Position numbers and translations under genes: made by a program
Origin: a virus
Lineage: Duplodnaviria > Heunggongvirae > Uroviricota > Caudoviricetes
Strand: one strand, 5' to 3'
Length of the DNA stretch: 64,000 nucleotides
Virus record (IMG/VR): IMGVR_UViG_3300043119_000443
Shown: piece after piece, positions 8,381-17,878 of the stretch
Numbering within the stretch: the first letter of the stretch is position 1
Layout: the number at the start of each line of letters is the position of its first letter
The notes under the pieces: generated by a model
Told to the model about the DNA's origin: nothing
Database searches by the model: none
The model's input: the letters and a program-made list of their open reading frames with translations, nothing else

Positions 8381-8694
8381 TGCTGTTCTCATTCCCCAAG
8401 CTAACGGATGACAAGGCGCGGCGCACGAAAGCCACGTGGATCATCGTCTTCCATGGGTACGATGAATCTTCGTACACGAAGAAATTCGAGATCATCATCG
8501 GCTGGTGCGCCGACCTGATGCATCCGCGTCTGGACAAGGGCAGGCTGATCCCCGCGCTGCTCGCATTGCAATGGCGGTGGGCGACGTACGAGGCTGGTTG
8601 GCCTCACGCCAAGACCTACTTCCACTGGCGCTCCGACTGGAAGGAAATCTTCCGTCGCATCAACGCCCGTCGTCTGGCCGCGGCTGACGCATGA
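8380..8694 (+). CDS. hypothetical protein (104 aa)
   Basis: TGATG coupling to upstream gene. Confidence 0.45.
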   Translation: MLFSFPKLTDDKARRTKATWIIVFHGYDESSYTKKFEIIIGWCADLMHPRLDKGRLIPALLALQWRWATYEAGWPHAKTYFHWRSDWKEIFRRINARRLAAADA

Positions 8695-8840
8695 AGTACG
8701 TCGCGCAAGTCGTGCTCTACATCTCGTTGATCGTGCTCGTCTGGATTTCGATCGGCGCGATCAAGAAGACATCCAACCTTCTCGACACCTTCGACAGCTT
8801 CGCGATCATTTCCGAAGCGATGGAAAAGGCGATCCGATAA
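8691..8840 (+). CDS. small membrane peptide (49 aa)
   Basis: MKYVAQVVLYISLIVLVWISIGAIKK...; ATGA / TAATG coupled. Confidence 0.35.
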   Translation: MKYVAQVVLYISLIVLVWISIGAIKKTSNLLDTFDSFAIISEAMEKAIR

Positions 8841-9205
8841 TGTATAGTGGATACCTGATCGGCGGTCCGTGCCACGGCAGTCGCATCTCTGCCAACCGCC
8901 CGCACTACACTGTCGCCAATGCGAGGCTGGCCCCTATTCCGCTTTGCGCGGAAGACGCGGCCAGCGCTTCCATCCGCACCGAGGACATCAAACATTACAC
9001 GTACGTCCACTCCGAAGAATATACGGAATGGGGCAACGCGGTAGCGGTGTTCATTTTGGATCGCATGGGCGCGCTGCCGCGGTTCGAGCGCGAGAAGTTC
9101 ATCCGTGCCGCGCTGACCGGCGATGGCAAGGTTCGTGCAGTGACGAAAGCAAATCAAAAGATCATCTGGCCGGAGTGCCCGGATGACTGGTGGGAAAACT
9201 TCTGA
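8840..9205 (+). CDS. hypothetical protein (121 aa)
   Basis: Coupled ORF. Confidence 0.45.
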   Translation: MYSGYLIGGPCHGSRISANRPHYTVANARLAPIPLCAEDAASASIRTEDIKHYTYVHSEEYTEWGNAVAVFILDRMGALPRFEREKFIRAALTGDGKVRAVTKANQKIIWPECPDDWWENF

Positions 9206-10110
9206 TGGCTAACATAGGGACATTGATAAAAGCGTCATCGATAGGGAAAAAGCTCGCGCCCGATTTCAAGTACCTGAAGTTCGATGACACAGCAATTGGT
9301 ATGCTGAAGAACATCGGCAACTTGCCTATCGGCGCATGGGGACCACTCGCGTTACGTCCATTCGATGACTATGTCATAGAACTGCTGGACAAAACTTCTG
9401 ATGTCACTATCGCGGCGGTGGGGTACGGGCCTTACACCTTTTTCTATTTTGACATAAAAAACTCCGCGGGCAAAATCATCGGAGTGAGGTCGGCGGGGTT
9501 TCGGTTCTTCTGGTGTGACCCAGAGGACGATTACGAAACCCAACAGATTCTAGCTGAAGAACTCGCTGTCATGAAGAAAGCGGGGATTGACTGGGAACAG
9601 ATTCAGCGCGAAGCGTGGGGCCTCAACAACAAAGACCAAAATTTTCCCATGATCATGGTCATCCCAGAAAGCGTGGACTTTGTTGCGCACTCAAAATCCG
9701 AACCCGGATATGCGCGTGACATGCTCGCGGCATTTGCGCTCCTGTCCATCGAACGTGAAGTGATAGAAATCCCAGCATCGTTCCGTTCGGGTCGCGCGTT
9801 TATCAATACCGACAGCGTACCCTCTTACGAGCCGGTCACGGTTTTCATTCGGCCCAACGCTCCCCGCGTCATAATCCAGAAAGCGGAAGATGCAGCGAAA
9901 CAAGAGCGCCTACTTCGTGAGCACGACGTTCGCTCGCATTGGCGTATTCTCAACAGGGGCACGCCTGCGGAACGACGCGTGCCTGTAAAATCACACAAGC
10001 GAGGTGACCCTGAATTGGGTCGCGTCGAAAAATCGTACGTGGTCGAACTGGACCCACTTGCCGAAGTGCGCGCGAGCACGGCAAAGAAACTTATCAAGGA
10101 AGACGCATGA
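9205..10110 (+). CDS. hypothetical protein, compositionally atypical (AT-richer) gene
   Basis: ATG 9205 overlaps upstream stop (TGATGG); ORF tool start is a GTG at 9190. GC visibly lower than flanks (~50% by eye). Confidence 0.5.
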   Translation: MANIGTLIKASSIGKKLAPDFKYLKFDDTAIGMLKNIGNLPIGAWGPLALRPFDDYVIELLDKTSDVTIAAVGYGPYTFFYFDIKNSAGKIIGVRSAGFRFFWCDPEDDYETQQILAEELAVMKKAGIDWEQIQREAWGLNNKDQNFPMIMVIPESVDFVAHSKSEPGYARDMLAAFALLSIEREVIEIPASFRSGRAFINTDSVPSYEPVTVFIRPNAPRVIIQKAEDAAKQERLLREHDVRSHWRILNRGTPAERRVPVKSHKRGDPELGRVEKSYVVELDPLAEVRASTAKKLIKEDA

Positions 10111-10955
10111 CCATCTCAGCAAAAGTAATTCTCTGTTCGCAGCTCAAAGAGCCGAATGGAGCCCCGCCCATCTGGACGCTCCAGCTCCGCTACCCACGGT
10201 TGATCCACGCGGAGTTCATGACGCACCGCGTCTTCTCGCGCAACGCGTCATCGTCGCGCGCGATCCCGGTCAAGAAGATGATCGAGGACATCCGCCTTGA
10301 CCCGGCGATGCTCGTACACTGGGGCCGCAACCAACCGGGTATGCAGGCTGATGTCGAGCTGTCGCCCGAAGAGATGAAGCTGGCGAAGCTCGAATGGCGC
10401 GCGTCCATGGAGAGCGTGATCGGGCATGTCGAGAAGCTGATTGCGCTTGGCCTTCACAAGCAGGCGGCGAACCGCCTGCTCGAACCGTACAGCCACATCA
10501 ATGTGATCGTGACGGCGACGGAGTGGGACAACTTCTTCCAGCTCCGCGATCACCGCGAGGCACAGCCGGAGATCAGGGCGCTCGCGGTGAAGATGCGCGA
10601 GGCGATGACCGACGTGTACTGGGACGAAAAGATCAATCTGCTTGAGCCCGGCCAATGGCACCTGCCCTACGTGCGCGCGAGCGAGTACGAGTACAGCGAC
10701 GTGATCAAGCAGAAGATCAGCGCCGCCCGCTGCGCCCGCGTGAGTTATATGACCCACGAGGGCAAGCCCAGCACAGTGGACGAGGACGTGGCGCTGTATG
10801 ACAAGCTGATCGTCATGAAGCCCGCCCACGCCTCTCCTATCGAGCATCAGGCCATGGCCCATGGCTTGAACAGCCTCGGAAAGTATGGCAGGTATGCGAA
10901 CTTCGTCGGTTGGCAATCGCTGCGCAACCAGATGGAACAACGAGGTGAACTGTGA
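10107..10955 (+). CDS. thyX: flavin-dependent thymidylate synthase ThyX
   Basis: ThyX signature RHRxxSxxxxSxR present as HAEFMTHRVFSRNASSSRAIP. Confidence 0.85.
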   Translation: MTISAKVILCSQLKEPNGAPPIWTLQLRYPRLIHAEFMTHRVFSRNASSSRAIPVKKMIEDIRLDPAMLVHWGRNQPGMQADVELSPEEMKLAKLEWRASMESVIGHVEKLIALGLHKQAANRLLEPYSHINVIVTATEWDNFFQLRDHREAQPEIRALAVKMREAMTDVYWDEKINLLEPGQWHLPYVRASEYEYSDVIKQKISAARCARVSYMTHEGKPSTVDEDVALYDKLIVMKPAHASPIEHQAMAHGLNSLGKYGRYANFVGWQSLRNQMEQRGEL

Positions 10956-11440
10956 AACACTTGGACGCGAAACGCTCGATGCCTTCAGCGATGATGCGGC
11001 GTTTCCGCAAGCCCAAGTCCAAGGACACGCACGTCGCGATCGCGATCAGCGCGGACCGGACCAACATCATCCTGAAGGTGGACAGCAACGTCCTGAAGGG
11101 CCGCGGCTCCGTCCAGCGCTTCAGCTTGAAGAAGCTTGGCGGCGAGGCGGCGATCAAGCGTGTGCTCATGATCTCGTCGGCGATGCTGGCCCAGAGGCAG
11201 AACGAACTCTGGAAGGACAACCACGATATCAAGGAAGTCCAGCTCAAGGCGATCGAATCGTGGAACGCCATCCTGAAAGACAACAAGCTCATCCACGGCT
11301 TCGGCACGCTCACGCCCTACTCGGCGTACTCGCCCGGCAACGAGGACAAGCCCGCTGATCGCGTCTCGCGCGCGTCGGCTGATGATCCACTTACCCGTGA
11401 TCTATTGAGGGGCAAGGGTAGCGACTGGGGTCTGGACTAG
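10952..11440 (+). CDS. hypothetical protein (162 aa, GTG start)
   Basis: GTGA overlap with thyX stop. Confidence 0.4.
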   Translation: MKHLDAKRSMPSAMMRRFRKPKSKDTHVAIAISADRTNIILKVDSNVLKGRGSVQRFSLKKLGGEAAIKRVLMISSAMLAQRQNELWKDNHDIKEVQLKAIESWNAILKDNKLIHGFGTLTPYSAYSPGNEDKPADRVSRASADDPLTRDLLRGKGSDWGLD

Positions 11441-11446
11441 ACAGGC

Positions 11447-11455
11447 GTTAACCAT
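11447..11455 (+). promoter_or_regulatory. GTTAACCAT motif (CtrA half-site-like) upstream of packaging genes
   Basis: Exact TTAACCAT 11448-11455, 22 nt upstream of TerS-candidate ATG 11477. Confidence 0.35.
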
Positions 11456-11476
11456 TGTGCCATCTTGCATGGCGCA

Positions 11477-12103
11477 ATGATGACCATGCCTGATCTCCCC
11501 GTCCCTGAACACCTGAAGTTCACGATGGACAAACTGCCCAAGCTACTCCTAGCTCTGGGTGAAGAGCCCGTGGAGATTCGAGCGTGCAAGAAGGCGAGCA
11601 TCCATCCGGTCGCGCTGGCGTTCGCCCGCAAGGCCGACCCCCAGCTCAACGAGATGATTGAATTCGCGATACAGATTGGCTTCTCTGTAGTCGAAGAGCG
11701 TATCTACGCCCGGAGCATGGGTGAGAACCGCACGCCGAAGTATTTCGAGGGCAAGCCCCTGACCTACATCGATCTGGAGACGGGCGACACGCGGTACGTC
11801 TACGAGGAAAGCCAGAGCGATTCGCTGCTGAAGAAGTTCGCGGAGCGTATCCGGCCCGACCTGTACGGCGACCAAATCCAAGTCAAGGTGGACAACCGCA
11901 CGACCCTCTATCTGCCGGAGGAAGTCATGGCTGACCAATTCGAGAAGCTTCTCGCCGCACAGGCGGACAAGACCCGGCTTATCCAGTCGGAAGGCCTGCA
12001 AGGCATGATGGACCGAATTGACGCCGCTGGTCGCACTCCCCCTATTGACGCGGAGTTCCACGAGGTCCATGAAGAGGATGACGATCTCGCGGGGCTGACC
12101 TAA
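11477..12103 (+). CDS. putative terminase small subunit
   Basis: Immediately upstream of and TAATG-coupled to the large terminase; ORF tool start TTG 11465, first ATG 11477; call is by position only. Confidence 0.45.
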   Translation: MMTMPDLPVPEHLKFTMDKLPKLLLALGEEPVEIRACKKASIHPVALAFARKADPQLNEMIEFAIQIGFSVVEERIYARSMGENRTPKYFEGKPLTYIDLETGDTRYVYEESQSDSLLKKFAERIRPDLYGDQIQVKVDNRTTLYLPEEVMADQFEKLLAAQADKTRLIQSEGLQGMMDRIDAAGRTPPIDAEFHEVHEEDDDLAGLT

Positions 12104-13536
12104 TGGTGACCATGGTTGCTGATGCTGTGATGCCCCAACCGGGCTCACAAACGCTGTTCCTCCAGTCCAGCAAGATCAAGGAAGTCCTGTTCGAAGGCGA
12201 GCGCGGCCCCGGCAAGACGTGGTCCATGCTGTTCGCATTCGCCCAGCACACCGGCAAGGGATACGGCTCACACTGGCGCGGCGTGATCTTTCGTCGCGAG
12301 AGCGGCGACCTCGACGACATCATCGAAAAGTCGAAGCGGGAATTCGGGCGGATTTACCCGGACGCGATCTACAACAAGACCGAGAAGACGTGGGTCTGGC
12401 CGGGCGGCGAGATGCTGACCTTCGCACACTTCTTCGACGAGAACGATTACTGGTCGTGGCACGGTCAGGAATTGCCCTTCATCGGATGGGAAGAGTTGAC
12501 GACGTGGCCCTCGAACAAGGGCTATCTCAGCATGTTCTCGTGCAACCGTTCCGCCGGTCCGATTAACATGCCGCGCATCATTCGATCGACCACGAACCCG
12601 TACGGCGTCGGCAAGAACTGGGTCAAGCGCCGGTTCAAGCTCCCAAGCCATCGGTACAAGGTCTGGCAGGAAGTCGAGGACGATGGGCTGATGTCCCCGC
12701 CCCGTCTCGCCATTCCAGGATTTCTTATTGAAAACAAGATACTACTTCGCACTGACCCGCGTTATGTGCAGACGCTTAAGCAGTCTGCGGCAGGCAACCA
12801 AGAGAAGCTGAAAGCTTGGCTCTTTGGTGACTGGGACGCGGTGTCGGGCGGCATGTTCGACGACATCTGGAACGCTGGCGTCCATGTCGTCAAGCCCTTC
12901 TATATCCCGAACACATGGACGATCCGACGGGCGTATGACTGGGGCGGTGCCAAGCCCGGCTCGTACGGCCTATGGGCGGAAAGTAATGGTGACTGCGTCG
13001 AGGTTGGGCCGGGCAAGTATCACGGCCTCGTGCCCGGCGATAGCTTCCGTATCGGCGAATGGTACTCGACTAGCGGCCAAGAGGATGAGGGCCTGAACCT
13101 CACGCCTCTGGAGATCGCCAAATGCATGGTCGAGTGCGAGGAACGGGCGGGCGTCCGCGGTCGCGTCACGGCTGGCCCGGCTGACGTGAACATATTCGAC
13201 AAGAGCCACGGGCGATCGATTTACGATACGCTCCGGGCCGACCCGTTCCATCTCCGATTCGACATGGCGGACAAGGGTCCGAACAGCCGGAAGATGGGCT
13301 GGCAAGTCGCGCGCGAGCGTTTGCTGAACTCCATTCCGGGTGAATTCGGAACACGTGAGCGCCCCGGATTGTTCATCTTTAGCACATGCACTCACTTCAT
13401 TGATTTGGTGCCTACGCTGCCGCGAGACTTGAAAGACCCAGATGATGTTGATACAAAGAGCGAGGATCACATCGGCGACGAACTCCGTTACTACCTGCGG
13501 AGGGCTTCACGTCGCGCCGGACGACAGCGAGGATAA
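12103..13536 (+). CDS. terL: terminase large subunit
   Basis: Walker A GERGPGKT near N-terminus, 477 aa, followed by portal gene. Confidence 0.9.
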   Translation: MVTMVADAVMPQPGSQTLFLQSSKIKEVLFEGERGPGKTWSMLFAFAQHTGKGYGSHWRGVIFRRESGDLDDIIEKSKREFGRIYPDAIYNKTEKTWVWPGGEMLTFAHFFDENDYWSWHGQELPFIGWEELTTWPSNKGYLSMFSCNRSAGPINMPRIIRSTTNPYGVGKNWVKRRFKLPSHRYKVWQEVEDDGLMSPPRLAIPGFLIENKILLRTDPRYVQTLKQSAAGNQEKLKAWLFGDWDAVSGGMFDDIWNAGVHVVKPFYIPNTWTIRRAYDWGGAKPGSYGLWAESNGDCVEVGPGKYHGLVPGDSFRIGEWYSTSGQEDEGLNLTPLEIAKCMVECEERAGVRGRVTAGPADVNIFDKSHGRSIYDTLRADPFHLRFDMADKGPNSRKMGWQVARERLLNSIPGEFGTRERPGLFIFSTCTHFIDLVPTLPRDLKDPDDVDTKSEDHIGDELRYYLRRASRRAGRQRG

Positions 13537-13540
13537 CCAT
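13533..13540 (+). promoter_or_regulatory. ATAACCAT variant of TTAACCAT motif overlapping portal start codon
   Basis: ggATAACCATGg, ATG 13539 is the portal start. Confidence 0.25.
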
Positions 13541-15203
13541 GGTTTCGCAACGCGATAAAGAGAATCCGGCGACACCGGGACTGTTTCACACGGTCATGGA
13601 TGAGCGCTGGGACTTGGTCAATTCGCTGCTCGGCGGAACCGAGGCGATGCGTCTGGCCGGTACGCTGTACCTCCCGCAGCACAGCCGCGAGTACGATGAA
13701 GACTATCGCGAGCGCCTGAAGCGTTCGATCCTGATCAACTATTTCGACCTGACCGTGGCGACGCTGTCGGGTAAGCCGTTCACCGAAGCCCTGCAATTCG
13801 GCGACGACGTGCCGGAGCAAATCCGCGGCGTGCTCGTCAAGGACGAGTCCGAGAAGAGCGAGAGCGCGGAGAAGGACGTTCTCCTGACTGGCGGCTGGAT
13901 CGAGGACATCGATCTGGAAGGCAATCACATCGACCAATTCGCGGCGCGCGTCTTCCGGGATGGTGTCTCGAAAGGGTACACTCACATTCTGGTGGACACC
14001 CCGGCGAAAGACCCGTCCCGGACGTACACCCTCGCTGACGAGAAGGCAGAGGGCATCCGCCCCTACTTCGTTCACATCCATCCCGAAAACGTGATCGCGG
14101 CCAACTGCGTCCGCCAAGACGGCGTCGAGCTGCTGACCCACATCCGCTGGTACGAATCGACCACGAAGCGCGACGGCTTCGCGGAAGTCGAAGAGCTGGT
14201 CATCCGCGAGATGACGCTGAAGACTAACGCGGAAGGCAAGCGCTACGTCGAGACGGGCATGTACCGGAAGCTGGAAGGCAAGACCGGCGCGTCCGCTAAG
14301 TCGTGGCAGAAGGTCGATGCCAAGCCCACTGACCTTGATTACATTCCGATTTTCACGTTCTACGCGCGCCGTGACGGCTTCATGGTTTCGAAGCCCCCGC
14401 TGCTTGATCTGGCGCACATGAACGTGCTGCACTATCAGCGTTATTCGGACCACATGAACGCCCTGACCGTGGCTTCGTTCCCGATCTTGGCCGCGTCCGG
14501 CGTCGCCCCGGAGGACGCGGGAAGCGTCACGATCGGTCCGCGCAACGTGCTCACGCTGGAAGACCCGAACTCCAAATACTACTACGTCGAGCATCAGGGT
14601 CTTGCCCTTACGTCATCCAAGGAAAACCTCGCCGATCTGGAGAACCAGATGGGTCTGTACGGCGCGTCGCTCCTGCGCAAGCGCCCGGACCGCGAGACGG
14701 CCACGTCGCGTTCTATCGAAGAGAAGAACACGTCGTCGGACCTTCAGCGTATGGCGTTTGGCTTCAAGGACACTCTCGAAAACTGCTTCAAGGCGATGGC
14801 CCAGATGGGCGGCGTCGGCACCGAGGGCGGCACCATCATGATCCACACCGACTTCGCGTTCGAAGGCGGCGACGTGGTCGATCTGCAAACGCTGCAAGTC
14901 GCGTACGACAAGCGCGCGATCTCGCGCGTCGGCTTCATCAACGAGCTGAAGCGCCGCGGTATTCTCGCGGAAGACTTCCACTCGGATGAAGACTTGGCCC
15001 ACCTCGTCAAAGAAAAGCAGGAACAGATGGGCGCGTTCTACAATCCGAAGATGGCCGAGATCGGCGAACAGACCAAGGGTCAGCTCGCCGTCGCGGACAA
15101 GACCAAGGAAACGCAGCTCGAACTCGCGGACAAGAACGCGGAAGTCGCCAAGGAAGTCGCCAAGAATGGCCCGGTTAAGGCCGGGATCAAGAAGAAGGAA
15201 TAA
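13539..15203 (+). CDS. portal protein
   Basis: 554 aa, directly after terL and before scaffold/capsid; acidic with Lys-rich C-terminus. Confidence 0.75.
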   Translation: MVSQRDKENPATPGLFHTVMDERWDLVNSLLGGTEAMRLAGTLYLPQHSREYDEDYRERLKRSILINYFDLTVATLSGKPFTEALQFGDDVPEQIRGVLVKDESEKSESAEKDVLLTGGWIEDIDLEGNHIDQFAARVFRDGVSKGYTHILVDTPAKDPSRTYTLADEKAEGIRPYFVHIHPENVIAANCVRQDGVELLTHIRWYESTTKRDGFAEVEELVIREMTLKTNAEGKRYVETGMYRKLEGKTGASAKSWQKVDAKPTDLDYIPIFTFYARRDGFMVSKPPLLDLAHMNVLHYQRYSDHMNALTVASFPILAASGVAPEDAGSVTIGPRNVLTLEDPNSKYYYVEHQGLALTSSKENLADLENQMGLYGASLLRKRPDRETATSRSIEEKNTSSDLQRMAFGFKDTLENCFKAMAQMGGVGTEGGTIMIHTDFAFEGGDVVDLQTLQVAYDKRAISRVGFINELKRRGILAEDFHSDEDLAHLVKEKQEQMGAFYNPKMAEIGEQTKGQLAVADKTKETQLELADKNAEVAKEVAKNGPVKAGIKKKE

Positions 15204-15206
15204 GCC

Positions 15207-15734
15207 ATGACGCCGAACTTCGAACGCATCTTCGAACGTATGCTGGCTCATGAAGGCGGCTACGTCGATCACCCCAAAGACCCCGGCGGCGCGACCAATC
15301 TTGGCGTGACGCAACGGGTCTTCAACGAGTATCTGGCCGCGTCCGGCATCGCGCCGTACAGCGTCAAGATGATCACGCGCCAACAAGCCAAGGCGATCTT
15401 CAACGTCAAATACTGGATGGCCGTCAAGGGCGACAAGCTCCAGCACGGCTGGGATTATGCGGTCGTGGACTTCGCCTATAACTCCGGACCGGGGCGCGCG
15501 GTGCGCGTTCTTCAGACCGTTCTGGGACTGACCCCGGATGGCGTTGTTGGTCCGAAAACCGTTGCCGCGGTGTTCCACGCACCGAAGGAAAAACTGGCTG
15601 AATACAACGCGAAGCGCCTCGAATTCATGAAGTCGCTTGACCACTGGCCGACCTTCAAGAACGGCTGGACGGCGCGGGTTCAGGAAGTCGATGGGAAGTC
15701 CCAGATCGACTGGGAGCGCGGGCGCGGGGCTTGA
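15207..15734 (+). CDS. glycoside hydrolase family 108 lysozyme-like protein with C-terminal peptidoglycan-binding domain (putative endolysin / virion-associated lysin)
   Basis: N-terminal HEGGYVDHPKDPGGATNLGVT (GH108 catalytic block); C-terminal LGLTPDGVVGPKTVAAV PG_binding-like segment. Confidence 0.8.
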   Translation: MTPNFERIFERMLAHEGGYVDHPKDPGGATNLGVTQRVFNEYLAASGIAPYSVKMITRQQAKAIFNVKYWMAVKGDKLQHGWDYAVVDFAYNSGPGRAVRVLQTVLGLTPDGVVGPKTVAAVFHAPKEKLAEYNAKRLEFMKSLDHWPTFKNGWTARVQEVDGKSQIDWERGRGA

Positions 15735-15737
15735 CGC

Positions 15738-15746
15738 GTTAACCAT
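15738..15746 (+). promoter_or_regulatory. GTTAACCAT motif adjacent to TTGAC, upstream of scaffold gene
   Basis: cTTGACgcGTTAACCATgttctgCCATTTTGG directly after GH108 stop. Confidence 0.35.
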
Positions 15747-15841
15747 GTTCTGCCATTTTGGGGTCACTCGAAAGGCGTGAGGCCGGTCGGGGATCGTGGC
15801 GAGAGGCCACAGCACTACCCCAAAGCGCGAGGCAAAGGGAC

Positions 15842-16678
15842 ATGGAATACGAATTTGATTTCGACAATGGCATCGATTCACTCGATGGCGTTCCGGACGA
15901 CCTGAAGCATTTCTACACCAAGGAAGGCTCAGTCTACAAAGTGGCCCCGACGATGGTCGGCGCGGCCAAGCGTATCAACGGTCTTTCGACGAACCTGAAG
16001 ACCGAACGCACCAAGGTCACCAACAAGAACAAAGAAGCTCAAGAATTCCGCATGTCGGCGTCCGGCTTCAAGTCTATCGTCGAAGCTCTCCCCGATCTCC
16101 CGGAAGACCAGCGCACGCCTGAAGGCCTGAAGGCCTATCTCGACGCGCTCGCCGTCAAGGCAACCGCCGGTGGCAAGAAAGGCGACGACGCCGTGCGCCA
16201 GATCGAGGCCGTCAAGGCTGAGATGGCTCGCGACAAGGCCGAAGCCCTGAAGGCCAAGGACGGCGAACTCGCCCAGATGCAGGGCTCGCTCTTCAACTAC
16301 ATGGTCGGCGATGTCGCCAACTCGGCGCTGTCGGAGCACAAGGGCAACTCGCTCTTCCTGCGTCCGCACATCGATCGCCAGACCAAGGTCGTCAAGCAGG
16401 ACGACGGCACGTACGCCGTCCGCGTTCTCGACGACAAGGGCGAGATTCGCTACAACGGCCAAGGCGATCCGATGACTGTTCCGCAGCTCGTCGAAGCCAT
16501 GAAACGTGACGACAAATTCGCTCCCGCATTCGAGGGGCGAGTTGCAAGTGGGGGCGGCAATACGTCGTCCAAGAAGACCGACCAACGTCAAGCGAATACC
16601 GTCGATCCGACCCAGAAATCTTCGAAACAGAAGATCGCTGACGGCCTCCGTGCTCGACAGGCGGCGCGGGGCAGATAA
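15842..16678 (+). CDS. putative scaffolding protein
   Basis: Charged, Ala/Lys/Glu-rich predicted coiled-coil protein between portal and capsid; ATG 15842 (ORF tool start 15758). Confidence 0.5.
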   Translation: MEYEFDFDNGIDSLDGVPDDLKHFYTKEGSVYKVAPTMVGAAKRINGLSTNLKTERTKVTNKNKEAQEFRMSASGFKSIVEALPDLPEDQRTPEGLKAYLDALAVKATAGGKKGDDAVRQIEAVKAEMARDKAEALKAKDGELAQMQGSLFNYMVGDVANSALSEHKGNSLFLRPHIDRQTKVVKQDDGTYAVRVLDDKGEIRYNGQGDPMTVPQLVEAMKRDDKFAPAFEGRVASGGGNTSSKKTDQRQANTVDPTQKSSKQKIADGLRARQAARGR

Positions 16679-16684
16679 GCTCTG

Positions 16685-16697
16685 CCATTAACCATGG
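16685..16697 (+). promoter_or_regulatory. CCATTAACCATGG motif + TTGACA-like element upstream of capsid gene
   Basis: gCCATTAACCATGGACTTGACagtccatcaatgg, 130 nt upstream of capsid ATG 16826. Confidence 0.35.
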
Positions 16698-16825
16698 ACT
16701 TGACAGTCCATCAATGGCTTGGTACAAGAAGGGCATCGGTGCTTAGTGGCATTGGTGCCCTTTCCATTTTGGAGGGCCACACCGGCACTCCACGCCCTTA
16801 AGGGCACAGACAAAGGAATACAAAC

Positions 16826-17797
16826 ATGGCTGTTCTGTCAGAAGTTCAAGCAGGCCTCCTGACCCAAGACGAACTCGTCGCGGGCATCATCGAAGACATC
16901 ATCACCGTGAACCAGATGTATCAGGTTCTCCCCTTCGACAACTACGAAGGCACGGGCCTGACGGTCAACCGCGAGAACGTCCTCGCTGGTGCTGGTCTTG
17001 CCGCGGTTGGTGCATCGCTGGCGGGCGCGGTCCCGGCCAACGGCATTCCGTCCATCGCCGGTGTCGGCGCGGGTACGAACTTCAAAGACCCCGCGACTTG
17101 GACGCAGGAAACCTTCACCCTGAAGACCATCATCGGCGACGCCGAAGTGAACGGTCTGGTGCAGGCTCAGCTTTCGGATATGACCGACCAGACGGCTTCG
17201 CAGATCGCCGCGAAAGCCAAGCAGGTTGGCCGTATCTACCAAGACCTTCTGATCAACGGCAACGAGAGCGTTTCCTCGCTCCAGTTCGACGGCCTGCTCG
17301 TCCTCGCGGACAGCCAAGTCGATGCGACTGGCGGCGGCGCTCTGTCCTTCATCGACATGGATACCGCCATGGATGAAGTGAAGGACAAGGATGGTGTCGT
17401 GGATTACATCGTCATGGCGTCCCGCACGCGCCGGGCCTACAAGGCCCTGCTCCGCGCTCTCGGCGGTGCCGCGATCGACGACGTTGTCACGCTCGAAAGC
17501 GGCGACATCGTGATTGCCTACGAAGGCGTCCCGATCTTCCGCAACGAGTACATGCCGACGGACCTCGGCGAAACTGCCGCCCAGACGGACACTGCCGTGA
17601 TCTTCGGCACGTTCGACGACGGCACTCGCCAGTACGGTGTCGCCGGTCTGACCTCCCGCTCCAACGGCGGCATCATGGTCGATGAGATCGGCGCGCTGGA
17701 AGGCTCCGATGCCACGCTGACCCGCGTCAAGTGGTACGCTGGCCTCGCGCAGTTCTCGCGCAAGGGTCTGACGATCCTCGCCAACGTGACGAACTAA
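16826..17797 (+). CDS. major capsid protein
   Basis: 323 aa after scaffold, strong terminator downstream, Gly/Ala-rich N-terminal region; call is by position only. Confidence 0.7.
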   Translation: MAVLSEVQAGLLTQDELVAGIIEDIITVNQMYQVLPFDNYEGTGLTVNRENVLAGAGLAAVGASLAGAVPANGIPSIAGVGAGTNFKDPATWTQETFTLKTIIGDAEVNGLVQAQLSDMTDQTASQIAAKAKQVGRIYQDLLINGNESVSSLQFDGLLVLADSQVDATGGGALSFIDMDTAMDEVKDKDGVVDYIVMASRTRRAYKALLRALGGAAIDDVVTLESGDIVIAYEGVPIFRNEYMPTDLGETAAQTDTAVIFGTFDDGTRQYGVAGLTSRSNGGIMVDEIGALEGSDATLTRVKWYAGLAQFSRKGLTILANVTN

Positions 17798-17820
17798 TCT
17801 TCGCCACAGACTTGACAAAT

Positions 17821-17861
17821 CGAGCCCGGAGGGTTTACCTTCCGGGCTCGATCCGTTTTTA
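17821..17861 (+). terminator. rho-independent terminator after capsid gene
   Basis: CGAGCCCGGA-GGGTTTACCT-TCCGGGCTCG hairpin (17821-17850) followed by ATCCGTTTTT. Confidence 0.6.
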
Positions 17862-17878
17862 GCCCAAGGAACCTGACC

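Noticed and set aside
14613-15881. Long antisense ORFs inside structural and replication genes (e.g. 14613..15881, 16838..18100, 20581..21678, 23776..25026, 29535..31808, 36237..37646, 38390..39919, 55401..57404, 218..913)
   Set aside because: Typical stop-codon-poor shadow frames of high-GC DNA. Translations are Arg/Ala/Pro-rich low-complexity, overlap strongly supported genes on the other strand, and lack RBS or coupling
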